Part shown: in pieces, positions 9,703 through 20,341 of the stretch
Layout: each line of letters starts with the position of its first letter
How positions within the stretch are numbered: the stretch's first letter is position 1
NCBI GenBank assembly: GCA_000004985.1
Contig: GG738889.1
Length of the DNA stretch: 64,000 nucleotides
Strand: one strand, 5' to 3'
Source: Naegleria gruberi
Lineage: Eukaryota
Program-made: the position numbers and the translations under genes
The notes under the pieces: generated by a model
The model's input: only the letters and a program-made list of their open reading frames with translations
The model's database searches: none
Told to the model about the DNA's origin: nothing

Positions 9703-11331
9703 TTAAAGAATAATTTTAAACACTTCAATTTCTTCAACTTTAAACATCTCACTTCCTGCCAAATAACTATTCGCTTCTGTTGTTCCTTTTTTGTATCCTT
9801 TGGGCAGTTCATAAGCGTTGCCAAAGTTTGATGATGAAAAGTAATTCAAGTTGCAATCATTGAAAATAGTAATATCATTGCTTACCAGGGTATAACCTCC
9901 AAATCCTGGCATAAAATCCTCAAGTAAAGAAATAGCATAACATCCTTTTTTGACTCTGAACTTTTTGAATTGATAATTGTTATTTGTTGAATCAATTTTG
10001 AAAATGAATGCCAAATCATCCGTAAAACTATCTTTCATCCAAGATTTTGAAGTAAATGCACCAAATATTTGGTTGTGTTCTGCTGATTTGATAATTGTTA
10101 ATGTTGGACCTTGATTACAACATTTTGAATGAAAATTTTCTGCTTTGAATCCATCTCTTGACCCTCTGTATAATAATTGAGGAATTGCTTTACTATTGGT
10201 ATGTGAGCTAATTTCTAACGAAATTGATTCACTATTAATAATATTAGAAATCAAGAAATGTGTAATATTTGTGCATTGAGTAAACAATACATCTGTAAAC
10301 TTGAAAGACTGGAAATCCTTTCCTGTTAGGTTCAGGGTAATATTTTGGAATTGAATATTTTTGATATTTTTGTTTGTAAATTGTTTTAAATTAATTAAGC
10401 ATGAATCAAATTTGCTTCCCTTAAATTTTGATAAATCCTTCAATTTTCCCAAATCTGAATTCTTAAATGTACAATTATTAAATAAAGTGGTTGATAAACT
10501 TGGTTCAATTAATTTGAAATCAATTTCTTCAAATATTGTTCCAGTGAAATCACATTCAATATATTTACAATTAATCAATCCATTATTCTTTTTAAAATGT
10601 GTTTTGATTTTACACTTTTCAAAAGTAATATCCTCAAATTTAGATCCATCAATAATTGAGTTTGTAAATATTACATTATCGAATTTAAATTGTTTGAAAC
10701 AAATGTTTGATAAATTACATCTTGAAAAATCAACCTTTTGAATCAACTCACAAACATCAATTTTAGCTCTTGACAAGTTACTTTTTGAAATATTAGTATT
10801 ATTCAAAATAGAATTACTGAGATTACATTCAATCATATCACATTCTATAAAATTAGCATTAGTTAAATTACAATTACTAAAATCACATCCTTTCAGTATT
10901 AGCATCTTGAAATTTGAACTTTCTAAATTCATTCCACTAAAATCACAAGCACTCAAATTATTAAAATTATAATATTTAAAATTCAATGACCTCTTTTGAA
11001 TTTTGTGTAAATTGACAAAGTTTTTCAAATTGAGTCTTGTTGACTCTTCATTTTCCAATTCATTAATAATATTTTTCAATTCAAACTTTTTACAGGTATT
11101 TAAAAGGGATCGTTTCACATCATTACTCAATTCAATTGCAATAGCTCCGTATTGTAACCACTCGAGAATATGTTTAAAAACAATTGGATCACAATCAATA
11201 AAATAAACTGGATCAGAGTTGAATGTCGAACATTGTGTTTGATAGCATGGATGTTGACCAGTGAACATTTTCTTGAATAAATTATCTGGCTCTCTTTCAT
11301 TATGAATAAAATCACCCAACGAAACTGTCAT
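9703..11331 (-). CDS. BTB/POZ (T1-type) + pentapeptide-repeat + TLDc domain protein (KCTD9-like architecture)
   Basis: ATG at 11331. N-terminal BTB/T1 (…FIDCDPIVFKHILEWLQYG…). Long run of pentapeptide repeats (CDFSGMNLESSNFKMLILKGCDFSNCNLTNANFIECDMIECNLSNS…). C-terminal TLDc (…LLYRGSRDGFKAENFHSKCCNQGPTLTIIKSAEHNQIFGAFTSKSW…). Single exon. Confidence 0.7.
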   Translation of the reverse strand: MTVSLGDFIHNEREPDNLFKKMFTGQHPCYQTQCSTFNSDPVYFIDCDPIVFKHILEWLQYGAIAIELSNDVKRSLLNTCKKFELKNIINELENEESTRLNLKNFVNLHKIQKRSLNFKYYNFNNLSACDFSGMNLESSNFKMLILKGCDFSNCNLTNANFIECDMIECNLSNSILNNTNISKSNLSRAKIDVCELIQKVDFSRCNLSNICFKQFKFDNVIFTNSIIDGSKFEDITFEKCKIKTHFKKNNGLINCKYIECDFTGTIFEEIDFKLIEPSLSTTLFNNCTFKNSDLGKLKDLSKFKGSKFDSCLINLKQFTNKNIKNIQFQNITLNLTGKDFQSFKFTDVLFTQCTNITHFLISNIINSESISLEISSHTNSKAIPQLLYRGSRDGFKAENFHSKCCNQGPTLTIIKSAEHNQIFGAFTSKSWMKDSFTDDLAFIFKIDSTNNNYQFKKFRVKKGCYAISLLEDFMPGFGGYTLVSNDITIFNDCNLNYFSSSNFGNAYELPKGYKKGTTEANSYLAGSEMFKVEEIEVFKIIL

Positions 11332-12104
11332 GATTTTTCCTCTAACATTTAAATGAATAGGTTTGTTACTTGCTTCTAATTTCTCTCATAATTTTTACAC
11401 ATGTCTTGAATTGACTGATGGTTCTGAACTCGATGCATTTCTAGACAAGCGTTACATTCCACTGATTTCCTGATGCATTGTTCTTTCTGATGTGATCGAC
11501 TGCTTTTTGTGCATGCACTGAAAAGAGAGCAAGAATGAATCAATAGATGAAATACGAAAAATTCTTAACATTTCAGAGCAATAAGCGATATGATACTTGT
11601 TGCAACCTATATTTTCTAGTAATAATGTACATAGAATGTCTTAATTGATTTCTGACCTTATTGTTGTAATACAGCAAAAATAGTATATTATCCATTTTAG
11701 TACATTAACAAATGTTTTGGAATAAGCAGCTTTTTTGGAAATGCCTACAACAGGCCTCTTTGGCTGCTGATTTTTTTCCATGGACCAATAATACAATAGC
11801 TCCTCTAACAAACAATATATTGAAAGTATTCTTCATTATCAATAAATCTTCAATTTTTCAATATCCATTCAACTCCCAAGCCAAAGTAAAATATTTTGTA
11901 ATCATCATTCCAGTTTTTCATCTTTCCAAGGACTCCGCATTATCAAGCTTTTGGCTTTGAGATGGGTGACTTGCATTTAGTCTTCATCATCTTGTTGCGT
12001 TGAAGGTTCGGCTACGTTTTTGGCTTTCATCCCTTCTTCGAGGACTTCTTGCAAAAAAATATTTGACAAACTCCAATATAAAACCTTCTTCTTTTGTTTA
12101 AAAA

Positions 12105-13819
12105 ATGATGAAGAAAATCGTTTCTGGTACCTCTGCTAGCAGACGTATCACTTCTGTTGAAACTGTAAAGAAGATGTTGTTCGCTCAACAAAGCAGATTT
12201 GAATCCAAAGTTTATTCATTCAATATTGATAAGGTAAGAATTGTCCGATATGTTGTTTCTATCATGATGTTTTCTGATGAATGATTTTTATATGTATTGT
12301 TATTTGATGTTGCTAAAACATGTTTGTTGTGGATTTGATGCACTTTTTGTATAATGTTGTGTTTTTGAAAATTGATTGGATTTTTTCGTCATCATGATTT
12401 TATTGGCTTATTGTTATAATACATTTCTACTATCATTATTGCTATCATATCATCAACAACTATATATGAATATATATTATATACAAAAAACATTCCTAAC
12501 AACAATTGATAATATCTATTATTAACGTTACCTAATATTATTATTGATAATAATACAACTATTAATTCATATTATAATCACATCATCATCCAACTAATAA
12601 CAATGAAATGATAATAGGAAAAGGCTTTCAAGTTCCATCTCCCAACCAAACATATGGAAGGTATTAACTGGGAAGGTCCAAAGTCTGAAGTTAAACTCAC
12701 TAAGGAAGAATTGATTGCCATGTACCGTATGATGGCTTTGATTAGAAGATTTGAATTGGTTTCTGACCAACAATACAAGGCTCGTAACATTCGTGGTTTC
12801 TGCCATTTGTACAGTGGTCAAGAAGCTATCTGTGTTGGTATTGAACATGCCACCAATCGTGCTGACTCTGTCATTACTGCTTATCGTGATCACGGTTTCC
12901 AATTGTGTAGAGGTGGTTCTGTTGAAAGCACCATGGCTGAACAATTAGGTCGTGCCACTGGTTGCTCAAAGGGTAAGGGTGGTTCTATGCACATGTACAA
13001 GATTGACCAAAACTTCTTTGGTGGTAACGGTATTGTCGGTGCTCAAGTCCCAGTTGGTGCTGGTCTTGCCTTTGCTCACTCCTATTTGGATAGATTGAAT
13101 AACAAGCAAACCAAGGATAAGAATGTTACTTTTGCTCTCTATGGTGATGGTGCTGCTAACGTAAGTTGTTTCAATATTAATGGTTTTAACACAAACAATT
13201 TGAATTTGCATTTTCACATAATTATTACATTTTTCAATATATATTTAAATAATAGCAAGGGCAAATCTATGAAGCTTTCAACATGGCCAAGTTGTGGCAC
13301 ATTCCAGTTATCTTTGTCTGTGAAAACAACAAGTATGGTATGGGTACTTCCATGCAACGTTCTTCTGCTTCTACTGATTACTACACTAGAGGTGATTTCA
13401 TTCCAGGTATTTGGGTTGATGGTATGGACATTATTGCTGTCTATGAAGCTGCTCGTTATGCTAAGGAATATTCTCAACAATTTGGTCCAATCGTTCTTGA
13501 ACCAGAAACTTACAGATATTATGGTCACTCCATGTCTGATCCTGGTATTTCTTACAGAACCAGAGATGAAGTCAATGAAGTCAGAAATACTAGAGATCCT
13601 ATTGCCAGATTGAAGGCTAGAATGATCGAACAAGGTATTGCTACTGAAGATGAATTGAAGGAAATTGATAACCAAGTTAAGGAAGAAGTTCAACAAGGTA
13701 CTGAAAAGGCTATTGCTGCTCCACTCCCACCTCTCCACGAACTCGTTGAAGATGTCATGGTTGGTCCACACGTTGTCAGAGGTAGAACTGTTGACGAAAT
13801 GTACTCATTCAGTAAATAA
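12105..13819 (+). CDS. pdhA: Pyruvate dehydrogenase E1 component alpha subunit, mitochondrial, 3 exons: join(12105..12233,12618..13160,13256..13819)
   Basis: Exon 1 encodes a presequence-like [43 protein letters not shown], donor GTAAGA at 12234. Acceptor tag| at 12617 gives a 384-nt intron; an alternative acceptor at 12632 is also in frame. Exon 2 carries hallmark E1-alpha motifs ([10 protein letters not shown]…[15 protein letters not shown]…YGDGAAN), donor GTAAGT at 13161. Acceptor aatag at 13255, then [33 protein letters not shown]…[10 protein letters not shown] (TPP and phosphorylation-site region). Stop TAA at 13817-13819. Confidence 0.87.
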
Positions 13820-13928
13820 ATTAATTTGCACTCTTTTCAATTTTCAACGATAAATTGTTTACTCTTTAGTTTATGCTTAATGATTCATCAAATGGAATTG
13901 AATAATGAAATAAGACTAATTGAAATAT

Positions 13929-14693
13929 TTATTTATTAAGCGAATTGAAACATTCATCAATTTCTTTCATATAATTACTCAATTTTCTATCTGCATTCTC
14001 CATAATATAATCTTTGGAAAGTTGTAATTTCGGATTGCTTCCGTGTTTGAGTTGATACAAGAGCAACAATTCCTCTGTTGTTCCAATGGATTGATAGAGT
14101 TTATCTCGTTCTACATTTTGTTTGGCTTGTTGAAGGAGTGATTTCCTTATGAATGGTAGCAGATTTTCACGTACAAATTTGTTGTGAAATGCTTGATGAA
14201 GAGATTCAACGTGACCTTCCAATCCTACTTGTTTCACCTTATTATTAGCAAGTATTCCTTCAATACTGACATCAGAGAGGGAATTCATTTTAGCTGACTG
14301 CAGAAAATTCCTACAAACAATCTGATACTGATTGAGGAAGGTTTTCAATTTTCTAATCTTTTTCAATTTCTTCTGTATTTGAACTTTTTGATTGGCACTT
14401 GTGGTATTCATTGAAGTGAGTGCATTCTCCATGATATCCAATTCTTTCAAATTACTTTCCACTTGATAATCACGAAATAGATAATCCTCCAAGGTTTGAT
14501 AGAGTGTTGGATAATTTTCCATCGATGATGACATTGATTGTTCTATTATATTTTCTTGTTCCGTTGCAACATTCGAATCTAATTGTTTAATTTCCTCCTT
14601 CTCCGATAATGTTGATGCTACTGCAGGTGTTTGTAAATCTAAAGAGGAAGCAATAGAAGGAAAATCTTCACTACTCATATCATTAATTTCCAT
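13929..14693 (-). CDS. Hypothetical coiled-coil protein (254 aa)
   Basis: ATG at 14693, single uninterrupted ORF with coding-like composition. I recognise no family. It starts only 63 nt downstream of the preceding same-strand gene. Confidence 0.45.
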   Translation of the reverse strand: MEINDMSSEDFPSIASSLDLQTPAVASTLSEKEEIKQLDSNVATEQENIIEQSMSSSMENYPTLYQTLEDYLFRDYQVESNLKELDIMENALTSMNTTSANQKVQIQKKLKKIRKLKTFLNQYQIVCRNFLQSAKMNSLSDVSIEGILANNKVKQVGLEGHVESLHQAFHNKFVRENLLPFIRKSLLQQAKQNVERDKLYQSIGTTEELLLLYQLKHGSNPKLQLSKDYIMENADRKLSNYMKEIDECFNSLNK

Positions 14694-14756
14694 CTTGTTT
14701 CATTTTTTTAAATTTTATTAATTTTTAATTACAATTACAATGAATTTTATTTACAA

Positions 14757-15395
14757 TTACTTTTCATCCGTATAGAAAGTTTCATAGAAAAAGTCAACTA
14801 CAGGTGCAAAGAAACCCCACGTTGTTGCATTATCCAATTTTCTAGTCTTGTTCTTAAAATCGATACTTTCATTGGAAAGAGTTTCAGTTTTATCCACTAG
14901 TAAATCCAACTCATCTGCTCTTACAATACATTTATCAATATTCGATATCATTACATTCTGAATTGCTTCAATTCTCTTTTTACATTTCTTAATTTGATCA
15001 CTCTGTGGATTATTATTATAATAATTCAATACTTCCTTAATTGAATTCTTAAATTCTTTATGAGGAATTGAATATGACTCTTTAGATTTATAGCAAGTAA
15101 ACCATCTATCCCGTATCCTCTCACAACACTTCTTTGAACAATATTTACTAAAGTTAATATCACACAGTAGGAGAATGGTAATTTCATCCTTGACTAGGAA
15201 GGGAATTAGCAATGATTCAAACATACTAATATTAAATGTATCGAGTGGAGGTATTCTATTGATCATACTCTCAATCACAAACCTCAAATCCTTTCCTAAT
15301 TTATTGGATGAATAGGTTGCTTCACTAAGAATTTGATTTCCCTTAGCAATTACACAGTGGAGAATTTTTGAATCTTCAAATCCTGGTGTTGTCAT
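14757..15395 (-). CDS. VAMP7: Longin-domain R-SNARE, VAMP7-like, apparently lacking a C-terminal transmembrane anchor
   Basis: ATG at 15395. Longin region HCVIAKGNQILSEAT… aligns with VAMP7 FAVVARGTTILAKHA. SNARE motif KRIEAIQNVMISNIDKCIVRADELDLLVDKTETLSNESIDFKNKTRKL aligns with VAMP7 …VRNIDLVAQRGERLELLIDKTENLVDSSVTFKTTSRNL, including the zero-layer Arg. The ORF then ends in …NATTWGFFAPVVDFFYETFYTDEK* with no TM helix in any frame. Confidence 0.65.
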   Translation of the reverse strand: MTTPGFEDSKILHCVIAKGNQILSEATYSSNKLGKDLRFVIESMINRIPPLDTFNISMFESLLIPFLVKDEITILLLCDINFSKYCSKKCCERIRDRWFTCYKSKESYSIPHKEFKNSIKEVLNYYNNNPQSDQIKKCKKRIEAIQNVMISNIDKCIVRADELDLLVDKTETLSNESIDFKNKTRKLDNATTWGFFAPVVDFFYETFYTDEK

Positions 15396-15935
15396 TGTTT
15401 GATGATATTATTTTGATTTGATGGTAATTTATATAATTTAATATTTAATATATATACTATTAATACTATTATTGATGTGATGATGGATATAATGATGATG
15501 ATGAATTATTCTTAATAATAATTATTATATTACTATTATATAATACAACTATCGCAATAGGAGATTTTCCTTAATATAAATTTGAATTAATAAATTAATC
15601 TTGATGTAACAATAATAATACTATGACAATAAACAATAAAATATTAATGTGAGAATTATAAATATTCCTCTCTTAATATTTCAAGTTGATATTAAGGATG
15701 ATATCAACTGTCAGAATGCGATAACGAATGGATTGTTCCTAATTTTTTTTTAACTAACTGTATTCATTGAATCAACACTGTGGTGGATATAAAAGAGAAA
15801 TACACACCAATTAAGGACCAGTTATCTTTTACAGTTCTATAAATATTTTCCCATCAAATCAATTAAATTATTAAAAATTAAATAATTTAATAAAATTAAT
15901 TCAATAACGAATATTAAATTTAATAATGAAAATAA

Positions 15936-16355
15936 TTATTCCGATAAATGTTTGATAGCAGCTGCATTTTCCTCCCAATTTTCACCATCAAACTTTTCCA
16001 CCTGATAATCCACCTTGCATTCATCCACAATACATCTCATATTGACACTCCAACCATCGGGATTACTTCTCGGCTTGTAGAAGGTACAAATTCCACACTT
16101 TGGACAAAAGTAGTGCTTTGCCACATGTGTCTGGAAGGTGTAGCAACCTAAATCACTCAATGATGAAGGACTTTTCAATACAAAATTACTCTCACTTACA
16201 ATGTGATGGAGGAAACCTTTCTTTTTGCATATGGAACAATTACAATCGAGAACTTGGAGGTTTTGAAGAGATTCGGGAGATTGTGCTGTTTCGCATTGCA
16301 TGAAACCACAATGGCATGAGAAGGTGAGTATTTGCATTTTTTTATTGTAAAACAT
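15936..16355 (-). CDS. GFA-family (glutathione-dependent formaldehyde-activating / CENP-V-like) zinc-binding protein
   Basis: ATGs at 16355 and 16337. Cys/His pattern SCHCGFMQC…CNCSIC…C…CPKCG…C is typical of the GFA/DUF636 fold. Single exon. Confidence 0.65.
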   Translation of the reverse strand: MFYNKKMQILTFSCHCGFMQCETAQSPESLQNLQVLDCNCSICKKKGFLHHIVSESNFVLKSPSSLSDLGCYTFQTHVAKHYFCPKCGICTFYKPRSNPDGWSVNMRCIVDECKVDYQVEKFDGENWEENAAAIKHLSE

Positions 16356-16706
16356 TTAACAATTTCAATATTGAAAAACCTTTAAATAGATTGAAAAAAT
16401 CTTGGAAAGATTCTCCTCGAGGAAGTATTATTATTCATTCTATTGTGAAGAACCATTCAACAGAAACTCTTTACCCAAAAATGTTCAACAGTAGTGTGTG
16501 AAATTTTTCAATTGTGTAACAACATCAAACTTTTCACACAAACAAGAGCTGCGAAGAAAGGAATAACATCTTAGCTTCTATTGGATGAATTCTTCCGAGG
16601 GTGTAAGGGTGAAAATTCAATTATCTCTCTTGATGATTTTCACTTTCAAAAAAGAATAAGCATGCTTAATATTTGCTTCATCTACGTTTAGCAATCTAAA
16701 AGCAAA

Positions 16707-19700
16707 ATGCCAATTTTCATAAGGAGAACTACTGGGAGAGAACATTGTTTATGTAATACTAATAGTGAGGGATTGAGTAGGAGCTTGAAATCATCGCATT
16801 CACCTCAATATAATATTAATATTTCACAAAACTCATCATCAATTACTTCATCAAAACCTGCTTCATCGATGGTGAGGAATAAGACTACTATTTATACATC
16901 GATATTTCATATATTAGTTGTATGTCTATTCTTCCTACCAACTTGGTTTGCAGTTGTACTTTATGTGAATGCCCAAAATCAACCTTTCACATGTGGTGGC
17001 TATCTACCTGACGATGATAGAGTTTGTAATTTTAGAAAGGGAATGTGTATTGGAGAGGATATATGTGTTTGTTCAAATGGATTTCAAGGAGATTCCTGTT
17101 CTATAACCACATGTTTTGGTATAAGGTCAGATTCAACAAGTGTTTGTTCTGGAAGTGGATATTGTGAATCGTTGAATAATTGTACTTGTACATTGGGTTG
17201 GAAAGGTATTGCGTGTAATGAAAGAGTTTCAGATAGGAATAATCAATACAGAGCTTTGGAATCAAATAATTCCACAATTTCAGAGAATGTTGACTTTATC
17301 GAGGCAGTAATTACAATGCCAAATGTCAACCAATTCAGTTCATGTGGAGCCATTTCAGTAGATGGTTCTTCAAGTCACTCAGCAGATGGGAGACCATTAA
17401 TATATTATTGGTTGTTATTTGATTCGAAAATGAATTTACTTGCAGATAACTTCCCTCACCAACCAATCATTACTCTAGAATCGAGTATTCCATCAGGATC
17501 TTATAGAGTGGGATTGATAGTTCAGAATACTGTCTTGAAAATCAATAGTTCTATAACTGTTTCTCCAATTTTCACAAAGGCAACTTCACCACTTCCAATG
17601 TTGACCATGTATAGGGGAGAAACAGTGATTGAAAAGTATTCGAATGAGTTTCCAATAACATTGAAGAAGATTGTGAGTGATTCTTCATGTAAATCCTCAC
17701 AAGATGTTCTCCATATTGAATGGACCCAATTGAGTGGACCTTTCATCAATCACACTATTGATACTTTCAATAATTTGCATATTCCAAAGTTGAAAGTCTT
17801 TGGAAATTACACATACCTATTTAGAGTTTCAACATTTTACAAAATAAGTGCTAAAGTTTCTTTGAATGTGACTTTGAGTACAAATTCACCAAAATTGGAA
17901 TTGAATATTTTACAAACTGAATCTACAAGTGAGTTGACCACTTTACAAATTGATTATGTAGATCCAGAAGCTTTATATAATGAAGAATCGACAGAAGTTT
18001 GGAAATGGACTTCATCCAATCAAAGTCCTCAACTCTTAACAATACAAAATTTGTCCAAATCAAAATCTTTACAATTTTCAATTTCTTCTAAATTATTGGA
18101 AACAAGGGCTGATTCCATTATTTTAACTTTGGAAATTAGAAAGAGTGATGGAAGAAGTGTTCAAAAATCAACAACCATCAACTTTAACAATATTCCTCCT
18201 CTTGTAAATATTGTAAATATTGAACCACCTTCAAATGTCATTTTACCAGGTCAGCTCATTCCGATTCAAACTTTGACAATTTCAAACTCTTCGAACACAA
18301 CATGGATTCTGAATGGTAAGATTGTTGATTCTTCTTCCATTATCCAACAAGCTTCTCCAGGAATGGAAACAAATACCATCCTAATTGACTCTTCAAATTT
18401 GGAAGAAGGATCAGTCAACTCTTTAACAATAATTACCTATGATACCAAGACTGGTCTGTCAACACAGAATAGCCATTCATTCCGAGTAGCACAAATTGTA
18501 AGACAATTGATAACAATATTGATTACAGATATGGTTTTATAGACGATAGATCTCAATCAAAGATTGTAATGTACAATTTGGGAGAAGTTTACTCAACCAA
18601 AATGCCATCTCCTTTTACTGGAACATCTGTCACTTGTTTCTTTGATATTGTGGACAAAACCACAGGCGCATTCTCAACAACCTATTCCAATGTCACCATT
18701 TACAAACCAATCATTCAAAACTTTGCTGATATCCAATCAATTGTCCAAAAATGGGAAGATCAATCCATTCCCTATTCCTTAGATGGTGATTTCAGTAAGA
18801 GCATCTACCAATCAGCTTCCACTTCAAGAACTGATGCAGTTTTATTGAAAGAGGCCATGTTATCCAATAGTAGAAGTCATAGCCGTAAAGTTTCTGTTAT
18901 ATGCCTTAATGGTGTTGAAGTTTCAGGCGAGTGCAAATGTAAGGATGGTTGGATGGGGCAACGTTGTGAAATTTCCATTGGGGACTTTTCAAATATTCAA
19001 GGAACAAAGCTTTCAATATTGAGAGATATGATGTTTGTGGTGAATAGAACATATGGTATGAGTGATGAATATTTGTCCTTGATGTCATTTGCAATGGATT
19101 CCTTGTTAGTGAACTATCAATTTTTGGATACGAGTACTATATCAGAAATATTGAATAATTTGAATTTAATCTTGGATTATGCATTATCAGATGAAAATGT
19201 GAGAGTTTCAGTAGGTGTGGATACCTTACTTGATAATTGTATTGAATCTGCTTACAAATATATTAAGGATCGTCAATATGTCAACAATCATACTTCAAAC
19301 TCTTATAACTTACATGCTGCACTCAAGAAAGTATCCATGCTTCAAGCAAGAAGCTCTGTAATTGGAAGTACAGGAAAGAGTAAGAAGGGACCTTTCTTTT
19401 CTTCTGTTTTACATAGGAATACTGTTTATGATTTCCTAAGATCTATTATTGATCCTATTTCAGAGTGTAAAATAGTATTCGATTCTTATTTCTTTTCATT
19501 TTCTACTTTAAGTTCAACGATTGTGAAGAAACCTTTCGTTTCGGTGCTGACAGTTTCAGATGATGTGTTTTCACTGAATAGCAGATTGGGAATGACTCAT
19601 AAATCTGAAAGTCAAATCACGTATTCGAAACTTATTTCTCGAATAGTGTCAATTGATTTCTCAGAGTTACCAGTTCAAGTACATGGGAGTAAGATTTCCT

Positions 19701-20320
19701 ACATCATTCCTTATAACATTACTGACAAAGAAGAACCAGCCCAATTTACCAATTTGGAGTTAGCTGAAAAGAACACAACTGTCAGTTGTGGAGATTTCAG
19801 AAGTGGATCACCAACCATCTTGAGAAGTGATTGCACATTACAAACAAGAAATACCACTCATGTGGTTTGTACATGTGTTAGTTTTACAAATGTCTTTGTT
19901 GTAGAAACGACAGTTGTGACCTATCATTCCTATGTCTATGTGCTTGCCATTGTAGTTTCTTCCATTGTAGCTTGTGTTTTATTCTTGCTGATTGCTATTG
20001 GTGTACTAGTCACTATCATCATTAAAATTAGGAGAAACAAAGGAACAACTGCCAACAAACCAGAAACAGTAACAAATACTTCAACCTTCTCACTCAGAGT
20101 TCAGGAAGTTGAAATTGAAACATCATCCTATGGAAGGGGTCAAACACCTCTTGGTGTTTACGATACCATTACTCCACAAGAAAAATCTAATAGCTTTGCA
20201 GTTCAATCTGTTTATCATATGAATCGTAAGAGATCACAAGTGATTCCTCTTCGTATCGACTTGTTAGATGAGAAGTATTGTGATAACTTGTCGAGTAACG
20301 GATCTGATTGCGAATTATAA
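16707..20320 (+). CDS. Large type-I membrane glycoprotein with EGF-like Cys repeats, long ectodomain, GPS-like Cys motif, one TM helix and a short tail; 2 exons: join(16707..18497,18563..20320)
   Basis: Signal/anchor MVRNKTTIYTSIFHILVVCLFFLPTWFAVVLYVNA; the first in-frame ATG is 16707 but the likely start is 16869. EGF-like modules (CGGYLPDDDRVCNFRKGMCIGEDICVCSNGFQGDSC…CTCTLGWKGIAC and CKCKDGWMGQRC). Donor GTAAGA at 18498, acceptor …caatcaaag at 18562, a 65-nt intron; this is the only splice that joins the two open frames. TM VYVLAIVVSSIVACVLFLLIAIGVLVTIII followed by KIRRNKG. A 3' part is duplicated at 687..1773. Confidence 0.6.
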
Positions 20321-20341
20321 ATAATTACATTTGTTTAACAT

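Noticed and set aside
10361-10741. 126-aa plus-strand ORF
   Set aside because: It is antisense to the pentapeptide-repeat region of the BTB gene.
11712-11960. 82-aa plus-strand ORF in the BTB/pdhA divergent promoter
   Set aside because: It is low-complexity with no family resemblance. It lies in a promoter region.
12966-13771. Minus-strand ORFs overlapping pdhA
   Set aside because: They are antisense to a strongly supported conserved gene.
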